A stretch of DNA of 64,000 bases from Actinomycetota bacterium. GTDB lineage: Bacteria > Actinomycetota > UBA4738. The stretch covers positions 30,391 to 94,390 of the forward strand of contig JBKPAF010000035.1 in assembly GCA_046726275.1 (NCBI GenBank). Direction: 5' to 3'. This document shows positions 56,677 through 64,000 of the stretch, one piece after another. The notes below the pieces were generated by a model, which saw nothing but the letters and a program-made list of their open reading frames with translations, searched no databases and was not told the DNA's origin. The translations under genes were made by a program, and so were the position numbers. The stretch's first letter is position 1, and every line of letters starts with the position of its first letter.

Positions 56677-57849
56677 TTGTCAGGGGAAAGGGGACCTCTG
56701 CAGGGGATTTCGGTCCTCGATCTGACCCGCCTGTTGCCGGGCGGCTACTGCACCCTCCTCCTCTCCGACCTCGGGGCGGACGTGATCAAGGTGGAGGAGC
56801 CAGGACGCGGTGACTACGTCAGGTGGGCCCCCCCGGTGGTGGAGGGAGAGAGTTCGGCCCACCGCGCGCTGAACCGGGGAAAGCGATCGATGACCCTGAA
56901 TCTGAAGGAGCGGGAAGGAACCGACCTCCTCCGACGGCTCGCTCGAGGAGCCGACGTCCTGGTGGAGAGCTTCAGGCCGGGCGTCCTGGATCGCCTCGGG
57001 GTCGGTTACGACGTGCTCGCCTCCGATAGCCCGGGCCTGGTGTACTGCGCGATCACCGGCTACGGGCAGGACGGCCCGTACCGGGATCGCGTGGGCCACG
57101 ACATCAACTACGTCGGCTCCGGAGGTGTTCTATCCATCACCGGGCATCCTGCCGGCATGCCGGCGATCCCCGGGGTGCAAGTGGGAGACCTGGGGGCGGG
57201 GACGCTCGCAGCAGTTGGCGTCCTGGCCGCCCTGTGGGAGCGGACGGAGACAGGAACGGGCCGTTTCGTCGACATCTCGATGCTCGACGCGGTGATCTCC
57301 TGGCTGGCCGTACCCGCCGCCGCGTACCTGGCCACGGGGGAGACCCCGATACCTGGCTCGGAGCCGCTCACGGGGGGATTGGCCTGTTACCGGGTCTATC
57401 GGACCCGAGACGGGCGCTTCCTCACGGTCGGCGCGCTCGAGGCCGGGTTCTGGCGAGAGCTCTGCGAGGCGTTGGGCTGTTCAGACCTGATCGATGACCA
57501 GTACGGCCCGCCGACCCGGCAGGCAGAGATGGCCGATCGCCTTCAGGCGATCTTCCTGAAGCGTGGCCGGGACGAATGGCTGCGAGACCTGGACGGCCGG
57601 GCGGTGTGTGTGGGCCCGGTGAACGACGTGGCCGAGGCTCTGGCGGACCCTCAGGTTTGGCACCGGGGCATGGTGGCCCAGATCGAAGGGACGGCCGTCG
57701 GTCCCGGCACGCCGATGAGGTTCTCAGGACGAAGACCGGGCGCGTACCGACCGGCACCGGGGCTGGGCGAGCACACCGCGGAGATCCTGGCCACGGTCAG
57801 AGTGGAAGAGGACGAGCTGTCGAGCCTGAGGGCCCGGGGGGTCGTCTGA
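56677..57849 (+). CDS. CoA-transferase family III (CaiB/BaiF/MCR-like)
   Basis: Motifs ISVLDLTRLLPGGYCTLLLSDLGADVIKVE and catalytic-Asp region GYGQDGPY. Confidence 0.85.
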   Translation: MSGERGPLQGISVLDLTRLLPGGYCTLLLSDLGADVIKVEEPGRGDYVRWAPPVVEGESSAHRALNRGKRSMTLNLKEREGTDLLRRLARGADVLVESFRPGVLDRLGVGYDVLASDSPGLVYCAITGYGQDGPYRDRVGHDINYVGSGGVLSITGHPAGMPAIPGVQVGDLGAGTLAAVGVLAALWERTETGTGRFVDISMLDAVISWLAVPAAAYLATGETPIPGSEPLTGGLACYRVYRTRDGRFLTVGALEAGFWRELCEALGCSDLIDDQYGPPTRQAEMADRLQAIFLKRGRDEWLRDLDGRAVCVGPVNDVAEALADPQVWHRGMVAQIEGTAVGPGTPMRFSGRRPGAYRPAPGLGEHTAEILATVRVEEDELSSLRARGVV

Positions 57850-59028
57850 GTGCCCGGGCAGCCCGGATCGGCTCCCGGAAAGGTCGAGCCACAGACTCCG
57901 CCCGAGGTTCCCCGGGTTCTGGTGGTGACCAACGATTTCCCCCCGAGGGTCGGCGGGGTGCAGCAGTACGTGTCGAACCTGGTCGGAAACCTTCCGCCGG
58001 ATCGGATCGCCGTGGTGGCGCCGAACTGGTCCGGATGGCGAGAACACGATGTCGCCCAACCCTTCCCCGTCCATCGGTGGCCATCGACCTTCCTGTGGCC
58101 GACCGAGGAACTTCGGCGGAGGGTCCTCTCCGCGGCGAGGGAGCACGACTCCGAGGTCGTCCTGTTCGGCCACGGCTTCCCGTTGGCCCTGTTGGGGCCG
58201 GCACTGGCGGAGAAGGGTGTGCCGTACGTGGTCCTGACCCACGGTGCGGAGGTGTGGCTGGCACGGCTCCCCGGCCCGGCGCGGGCGATGCGGTGGGCCT
58301 TCACCCGGGCGAGTGAGGTGACCGCGATCAGCCAGTACACCGCGGCGGCGGTGAGGCGGGTCGTGCCGGCCGAGGTCCCGCTGACGCTGCTCTTCCCCGG
58401 TGTGGACGAGCGACGCTTCTCGCAGGATGTCGACGGGTCGTCCGTGAGGGACCGTCACGGCGTGGTGGACGGGATGATCCTCTGCGCCTCCCGGCTGGTC
58501 CCGAGGAAGGGCCAGGACGTTCTGATCGCCGGGATGGGACTGGTGCGGGATCTCGCTTCCGGCGCGACCCTGGTCTTGGTCGGGGACGGTCCCGACCGTT
58601 CCCGGCTGGAGAAGCTCGCCCGGTCCGCACCCTCCGGCTCGGTGATCTTCGCCGGCCAGGTCGCGGACGACGAGCTTCCCTCCTACTACGCGGCGTGCGA
58701 CGTGTTCGCCATGCCGTGCCGATCCCGGTGGGGTGGGCTCGAGGTGGAGGGATTCGGGATCGTGTTCCTGGAAGCCGCCGCCTCGGGGAAACCCGTCGTG
58801 GCGGGACGGTCGGGGGGCGCCGCCGAGGCGATCATCGACCAGGAGACCGGGGTGCTCGTCGAGGCCAGAGAGCCGAAGGCAGTGGCCCTTGCCGTCGGGT
58901 CCATGCTCCGAGCCCCCCAGACCGCGTCGCGGATGGGGAGAGCCGGCCGACTCCGCGTGGAGCAGGCCTTCACGTGGAAGCGCCAGGCGGAGCGGCTAGT
59001 GGAGGTCCTGGCCCGAGCCGCGAGCTAG
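57850..59028 (+). CDS. GT4 mannosyltransferase, PimB'-like (phosphatidylinositol mannoside biosynthesis)
   Basis: VLVVTNDFPPRVGGVQQYV, LVPRKGQD and FAMPCRSRWGGLEVEGFGIVFLEAAASGKPVVAGRSGG closely resemble mycobacterial PimB'. Confidence 0.75.
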   Translation: MPGQPGSAPGKVEPQTPPEVPRVLVVTNDFPPRVGGVQQYVSNLVGNLPPDRIAVVAPNWSGWREHDVAQPFPVHRWPSTFLWPTEELRRRVLSAAREHDSEVVLFGHGFPLALLGPALAEKGVPYVVLTHGAEVWLARLPGPARAMRWAFTRASEVTAISQYTAAAVRRVVPAEVPLTLLFPGVDERRFSQDVDGSSVRDRHGVVDGMILCASRLVPRKGQDVLIAGMGLVRDLASGATLVLVGDGPDRSRLEKLARSAPSGSVIFAGQVADDELPSYYAACDVFAMPCRSRWGGLEVEGFGIVFLEAAASGKPVVAGRSGGAAEAIIDQETGVLVEAREPKAVALAVGSMLRAPQTASRMGRAGRLRVEQAFTWKRQAERLVEVLARAAS

Positions 59029-60582
59029 GGGGATCCGATCGGCCGAGGGGACCCCAGAGACCTCCAGGAGGCGCTCGGCGCAGCGTTCCCAGGTCCACTC
59101 TCGGGCCACGAAACGGCTCACGGCCCCCTTCAGCTCGTGTCGCTCGTCGTCGGGGAGCCCCAGGAGTCGCTCCAGCCCCGCAGCGATCCGAGAGGCCGAG
59201 CCCGGGCCCGGATCGAACGTGAACAGGCCGGGGCGGTCCACCACCTCCTCGAGCGCGGCCCCCACCTCTGCCAGCCCGGAATGCCGGGCAACCAGGGGTA
59301 GCGCCCCTGCGGCGGCGGCCTCGGCGGCGACCATTCCGAAGGCCTCGTCGAGGACCGACGGGACCACCAGGACGTCGAGGGCGGCCAGGGCTCCCGGGGC
59401 GTACCGGTGGTCGAGCCGTCCGGTGAACGTGACCCGGGATGCCAGGCCCTTCGCTCCGTGCGCTCCGGTGGGGACATCCACGGCCAGATCGGATGACCGG
59501 AGGAGCCAGGACAGTCCGGCAGTATCCGCGGCATCCAGGCAGTGCAGTAGGGCCGTAAGCCATTCCCGGAAGAGACCGAATCCAACCACCAGGGCCCTGG
59601 CCTCCGCGCGGAGGAGCGGAAGGGCGGAAAGGAACAGCTCGACGCCCTTCTGCGGGATGAGCTTGCCGAGATATCCGACCAGGGGGCCCTCGTAGTCGGC
59701 AAGCGACAGGAGTCGTTCGGCCGCGTCCGGGTCGGGAACCGACTGATCGTATCGACGGGCCAGCTCCGAAAGGGTCGCCGCGTCCCGGTCGGCCACGGCT
59801 CGTCGGACCACCCCGTCCATCTCCGAACGGCGCCCCCGCACTACGTCTGAGTCGGTCCGGAGCCGATCGGCCGTCCATTGGAGGGCCTCCCGCCGGGGCC
59901 GGGGCACGAACGCCTCCACCTCGGCGCCGGGAGGAACCACGGTCGTCTTGCCGGCGGCCTCGGGAACGAGTTCGACGGTCCGGGAAAGGACATCGGCGGT
60001 CCCCCCGACGACCGTCGTGGCCCCGGCCAATCCCTCGCGGGCAAGCTCCCGATACCTGGGCTGGAGCCTGATCGCGTATTCGAGGTCGCTTCCGTGGATC
60101 TTGGCCGTATACGAGCTGCCGACGAACGCCCTCGCCGCGATGACGGCTCCCGGAACGGCGTGGCCGGCGACGACAACGTCGGGGCCGAACCATGCGGAAG
60201 CTTCGCGAAGGGCGATCACGTTGCGCTCCAGATAGTCCCGCAGCTCCTCCTCGGTCAGGTCGGGGAATCGCTTGACCTGGAACCGTTCGTACTCGTCGAT
60301 CACGAACACAGGAAGGAGCGGTCCGACGTCCGGACGGAGAAGGACGGCTCGACCGGGACGACGAGGGAGAGGGCGACGCCGAGGGAACTCCACCAGTCGG
60401 GAGAGCCCTGAGGGACCGACAGTCCCCTCGGCGTCGAGGAATCCATATCTATCGGCATGGGGCTCCTGGCATACAAGGAGGACGTCATGTCCCCATCGCC
60501 GGAGCACGTCGGTGACCCTCGCGGTGTACACGTTGGAGCCCGAGCCCTCCAACAGCCATCCGTGCCAGAGCAGCACCCGCAT
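58996..60582 (-). CDS. GT-B fold glycosyltransferase (GT1/GT4-like)
   Basis: C-terminal donor-binding motifs (LGKLIPQKGVE ... VVPSVLDEAFGMVAAEAAAAGALPLVARHSG). Confidence 0.7.
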   Translation of the reverse strand: MRVLLWHGWLLEGSGSNVYTARVTDVLRRWGHDVLLVCQEPHADRYGFLDAEGTVGPSGLSRLVEFPRRRPLPRRPGRAVLLRPDVGPLLPVFVIDEYERFQVKRFPDLTEEELRDYLERNVIALREASAWFGPDVVVAGHAVPGAVIAARAFVGSSYTAKIHGSDLEYAIRLQPRYRELAREGLAGATTVVGGTADVLSRTVELVPEAAGKTTVVPPGAEVEAFVPRPRREALQWTADRLRTDSDVVRGRRSEMDGVVRRAVADRDAATLSELARRYDQSVPDPDAAERLLSLADYEGPLVGYLGKLIPQKGVELFLSALPLLRAEARALVVGFGLFREWLTALLHCLDAADTAGLSWLLRSSDLAVDVPTGAHGAKGLASRVTFTGRLDHRYAPGALAALDVLVVPSVLDEAFGMVAAEAAAAGALPLVARHSGLAEVGAALEEVVDRPGLFTFDPGPGSASRIAAGLERLLGLPDDERHELKGAVSRFVAREWTWERCAERLLEVSGVPSADRIPLARGSGQDLH

Positions 60583-60609
60583 AGTGGCGGAGTCTAGGCG
60601 GAGATGATC

Positions 60610-61356
60610 TCAGCGAGTCCGGCCCAGGGCTTCCAGGGTGGCCGGGAGCTCGGCGATGTGCTCGATCACCGCGTCGGGCGCATAGTCCGGGTCGTCCTCC
60701 TGACGAAACTGCCGCGTGAGGATCGCTCGCATCCCCGCAGCCTGGGCCCCGCTCACGTCGTCGTACAGGCGGTCGCCGACGAACACGGTGACTCCCGGCT
60801 CGGCCTCCAGGCGACCCAGGGCCTCCTGGAAGATGCGGAGGTTCGGCTTTCGAACTCCCACCTCGCTGGAGAAGACCGTCGCGTCCAGGTATCGGCGGAG
60901 TCCCATGCGGTCGAGGTCCGCCCGCATGAGGTCCGCGCGGAGGGAGAGGTTGGAGACCAGCCCCATCCGATATCCAGACTCGCGAAGATGCTCCAGGGTC
61001 GCCAGCACCTGAGGGTCGACGGTGATGGAGTTGGAGTAGGCCGAGTGGTCGAGCGCGACGATGTGCTCGAGGACGTCGTCGGGAAGGTCGAACCCGATGC
61101 CCGAGAAGGCTTGCCGGAAGAGCTCAGCCTGGTCCACCTCCTCCATGCGGTGCTGTTCGTAGGATTCGGCGACCAGGCTGTCCACCCCGCCCGCGACCCG
61201 CTCCACGAGGTCGAGCAGCTCGGGGACCTCCATGTAGGCCACCGCCTCGACACGGTCGCGGATCTGCCGGTACGCCTCGTGCAGGGCTTCTTGGGTGCGC
61301 TGGAAGTCCACCAGGGTATGGCCGAAGTCGAACAGGATCGTCTGATCGGGCTCCAT
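60610..61356 (-). CDS. HAD-superfamily hydrolase (phosphatase)
   Basis: Motif I LFDFGHTLVD. Motif IV VFVGDRLYDDVSGAQAAGMRAIL. Confidence 0.8.
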   Translation of the reverse strand: MEPDQTILFDFGHTLVDFQRTQEALHEAYRQIRDRVEAVAYMEVPELLDLVERVAGGVDSLVAESYEQHRMEEVDQAELFRQAFSGIGFDLPDDVLEHIVALDHSAYSNSITVDPQVLATLEHLRESGYRMGLVSNLSLRADLMRADLDRMGLRRYLDATVFSSEVGVRKPNLRIFQEALGRLEAEPGVTVFVGDRLYDDVSGAQAAGMRAILTRQFRQEDDPDYAPDAVIEHIAELPATLEALGRTR

Positions 61357-61364
61357 AGGGCCGG

Positions 61365-61823
61365 ATGCTACATTGCTGCCCCGTGGCAGAGCAGACCGAA
61401 GGCCAGATCCATATCGACGCCTCGCCCGAGACGGTGATGGCGGTGATCAGCGACTACGAGGCCTACCCAGAATGGGTGGACGGCATGAAGGGAGCGGTGG
61501 TCACCGCGAGGGATTCGAAGGGCCGCCCGAGCGAGGCGTCCTTCGAGGTGAGCCAGATGGGGGTGGGGGCGAAGTACACGCTCGCCTACACGTACGCGGC
61601 AGAGGACGCGGGGGTGTCGTGGACGACCACGGCCGCATCCGGCGCGGTGAAGGACATCAAAGGCGAATACCGGCTCGAGCCGTCGGAGACCGGGACCACT
61701 GTCACGTACCGCACGACGATCGAACCCGCCATCCCCATGATGGGATTCATGAAGCGGCAGGCGGAGAAGATGATCATCGGGATCGCCCTGGAAGGGCTGA
61801 AGAAGCGCGTGGAAAGCCTCTGA
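61365..61823 (+). CDS. SRPBCC (polyketide cyclase/START-like) domain protein
   Basis: About 150 aa. Sequence DYEAYPEWVDGMK...YRLEPSETGTTVTY is Polyketide_cyc2-like. Confidence 0.65.
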   Translation: MLHCCPVAEQTEGQIHIDASPETVMAVISDYEAYPEWVDGMKGAVVTARDSKGRPSEASFEVSQMGVGAKYTLAYTYAAEDAGVSWTTTAASGAVKDIKGEYRLEPSETGTTVTYRTTIEPAIPMMGFMKRQAEKMIIGIALEGLKKRVESL

Positions 61824-61831
61824 GGTTGCGG

Positions 61832-62359
61832 TCAGCCTGAGAGCTCGACCCGGTAGCGGGCGAGCCTGAGGGGGAATCCACTGAAGTCCTCGGTCTTCTC
61901 CGTGCCATCGGCGGCCCACCCCGCGGCTTCGTAGAAGCGCCTGGTCTCCTGGTTGTCGGCCAGGACCCAGAGCGTCGCCCGGCGGAACCCGGACGCCTCG
62001 AGATGTTCCCTGGCATGGGCGAACAGAGCCCGCCCGACGCCGGTGCCCACGACCTCCGGCTGCACGTAGATGGCGTAGACCTCCCCGGTCCGTTCCTCCG
62101 CGTCCTCGTCCAGGCAGGGGCCGCAGTTGACGAAACCGATCACGGTGCCGGCACGATCCGCGACGAACAGGGCCCATCCGGGCGCGCGGCGGGTGATGGC
62201 TCGGCGCCACCCGTCCTCCCGTCGCTCGACGGAGAGAGCGTCCAGCAGGCCCTCGTGGACCAGACCTCTGTACGCCCACCGCCAGTCGTCGACGTGGATC
62301 TTCGCGACGGCCGGGGCGTCGGATTCCGTGGCTCCCCTGATCACGAAGTCGCGCCCCAT
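61832..62359 (-). CDS. GNAT family N-acetyltransferase
   Basis: GNAT motif A around YVQPEVVGTGVGRALF. I chose the start at 62359 (MGRDFVIRGATESD). Confidence 0.7.
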   Translation of the reverse strand: MGRDFVIRGATESDAPAVAKIHVDDWRWAYRGLVHEGLLDALSVERREDGWRRAITRRAPGWALFVADRAGTVIGFVNCGPCLDEDAEERTGEVYAIYVQPEVVGTGVGRALFAHAREHLEASGFRRATLWVLADNQETRRFYEAAGWAADGTEKTEDFSGFPLRLARYRVELSG

Positions 62360-62439
62360 GGGGGGATTGTCCTTCACCGGGAGGCGGTGGGCAGCTCGAG
62401 AAGGCAACCTCCGCGGCGTCCGGGTACCCTAGACCTCAC

Positions 62440-63642
62440 GTGCGGATCCTGTTGTTCACCGGCAAAGGTGGAGTCGGAAAGACCACGGTGGCGGCGGCCA
62501 CTGCGGTGAGGGCGGCTGCAGCCGGCAAGCGCACCCTGGTCATGAGCACGGATCCGGCGCACTCCCTGGCCGACTCGTTCGACGCTCCTCTGACCGCCCG
62601 CGCCCAGCCGGTCTCGGAGAACCTGTGGGCCGAGCAGATCGACGCCCAGGAGCGACTGGAAGCCAACTGGCGGGACATCCAGGAGTTCGTCGTCTCGTTC
62701 CTGAACTGGGCGGGAGTCGACGCCATCGAGGCCGAGGAGCTGTCGCTGATCCCGGGCCTCGACGAGATCTTCAGCCTGACGGACGTGAAGCATCATGTGG
62801 ATTCGGGCCGGTACGACGTGCTGGTGGTGGATTGCGCGCCGACCGCCGAGACGCTGCGGCTGCTCTCCCTCCCCGAGGTGATGAACTGGTACATCGAGCG
62901 GATCTTCCCGGTCGAGCGCCGGGTGGTGAAGACGATCCGGCCCCTGCTCTCCCGCATCACCAGCATGCCCATCGCGGACGACAGGATCTTCGCGGCCGTG
63001 GAACGACTCCATCGCAATCTCGACGGCGTCCGCCAGCTCCTGGTGAACGATCGGATGTCCAGCGTGAGGCTCGTGGTGAATCCCGAGAAGATGGTCATCG
63101 CGGAGGCCCGGCGAACGTACACGTACCTCTCTCTGTTCGGGTACCGCGTCGACGCGGTCATCGTGAACCGGATCATCCCGGACGAGGTGAACGACCCCTA
63201 CTTCGGCAAGTGGAAGGACATCCAGGCCGAGCATCTGGTGACCGTGAGGGAGTCCTTTGAGCCGGTCCCGATCCTGACCGCCCGTCTGTTCGACCGGGAG
63301 ATGGTCGGGACCCGCCTCCTGGCCGAGATGGGCGAGGAGGTGTACGGCGACCGGGTCGGTACGGAGATCCTGCATCGGGAAGAGCCGCTTCGGGTCCGGA
63401 AGCGGGGCACCGCGTACGTGCTGTCCCTCCGGTTGCCGTTCGTCGAGAAGGCCGACCTGGACGTGTTCCGGAAGGGAGAGGAGCTGTATGTCCGGGTCGG
63501 GTCGTACAAGCGGAACCTGGTGCTTCCCCAGACTCTCCAGAGGCTCGAGGTGAAGGACGCGAGCTTCGTGGAGGATCGGCTCGAGGTCCGATTCAGCCGA
63601 GAGCCCACCGTGAGCCCAGCCGGCACGAGACAGGGAGGATGA
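62440..63642 (+). CDS. ArsA/GET3-family P-loop ATPase with a C-terminal HSP20-like (ArsA_HSP20) domain
   Basis: Deviant Walker A TGKGGVGKTT and DPAHSL at the N-terminus. C-terminal beta-sandwich segment (AYVLSLRLPFVEKADLDVFRKGEELYVRVGSYKRNLVLPQTL). Confidence 0.8.
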   Translation: MRILLFTGKGGVGKTTVAAATAVRAAAAGKRTLVMSTDPAHSLADSFDAPLTARAQPVSENLWAEQIDAQERLEANWRDIQEFVVSFLNWAGVDAIEAEELSLIPGLDEIFSLTDVKHHVDSGRYDVLVVDCAPTAETLRLLSLPEVMNWYIERIFPVERRVVKTIRPLLSRITSMPIADDRIFAAVERLHRNLDGVRQLLVNDRMSSVRLVVNPEKMVIAEARRTYTYLSLFGYRVDAVIVNRIIPDEVNDPYFGKWKDIQAEHLVTVRESFEPVPILTARLFDREMVGTRLLAEMGEEVYGDRVGTEILHREEPLRVRKRGTAYVLSLRLPFVEKADLDVFRKGEELYVRVGSYKRNLVLPQTLQRLEVKDASFVEDRLEVRFSREPTVSPAGTRQGG

Positions 63643-63643
63643 G

Positions 63644-63910
63644 ATGGCAGAGGTCAAGGCGCCGCCGAAGGGGACCCGTTCACGCATTGGGGCGGAGGCT
63701 GCTTCGACGCCACCCCCGCCCATCTGCTCCGTAGCGTTCTGCCCCATCTGCACGGTGGTGACGGCTATCGGCGAGGTCCGGCCGGACCTCATGGAGCACC
63801 TCCTGGTGGCGGGCCGAGAGGTCCTCCTCGGGTTACGAGCGTTGATCGACGCCCGGCTGGAGGGCTCCGGATCAGCCCCAACGAAGATGGAGCACCTGAC
63901 GATCGGGTGA
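63644..63910 (+). CDS. Hypothetical small Cys-containing protein following the ArsA-like gene
   Basis: ATG sits 1 nt after the preceding stop. Motif ICSVAFCPIC. Confidence 0.4.
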   Translation: MAEVKAPPKGTRSRIGAEAASTPPPPICSVAFCPICTVVTAIGEVRPDLMEHLLVAGREVLLGLRALIDARLEGSGSAPTKMEHLTIG

Positions 63911-64000
63911 AGCCGCAGGAAGGAGATGATCCGGCCCATGCCTGAGATCGATCGCGAATTCCTGAGGAGGCTGGCCGAGTGGAGCTCGAACGGCATCCCG

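Noticed and set aside
62374-63996. 540-aa minus-strand ORF antisense to the ArsA-like gene
   Set aside because: Antisense artefact. The plus strand has the deviant Walker A and HSP20 domain.

Overview
High-GC (about 70%) chromosomal segment that is almost certainly from an actinobacterium. The evidence is a PimB'-like PIM mannosyltransferase, WhiB, a TIGR03083 mycothiol-type enzyme and zf-HC2 anti-sigma factors. Most of the window is densely packed core metabolism. It contains a colinear 2-oxo-acid dehydrogenase cluster (lpd, E2, lipB, aceE) and a divergent gcvT. A cobalamin riboswitch with an attenuator hairpin sits in front of a btuFCD-like ABC importer. The SUF Fe-S assembly genes (sufB, then sufD-Rieske-sufC-sufS-sufU) are split by a roughly 10 kb block. 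That block carries a NarL-type two-component system, two tandem HME-type RND pumps, a miniature adaptor-like protein and a lipoprotein. The rest of the window holds korAB (2-oxoacid:ferredoxin oxidoreductase) with an A-type Fe-S carrier, psuG/psuK, trpD, thiolase, whiB, CoA-transferase, PIM glycosyltransferases and an ArsA-HSP20 ATPase. No CRISPR array, transposase or phage genes were seen. Unusual points are the split suf locus, a BtuD ATPase with an unassigned C-terminal domain, and a degenerate proton-relay motif in one RND paralogue. Also notable are an apparently frameshifted ECF sigma factor, a mini-operon of a receiver-only protein with two tiny proteins and a micro-TM peptide, and recent in-frame tandem duplications. 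All calls come from reading the translated ORFs by eye. No searches were run, so family assignments are motif-based and the start codons are my best estimates.
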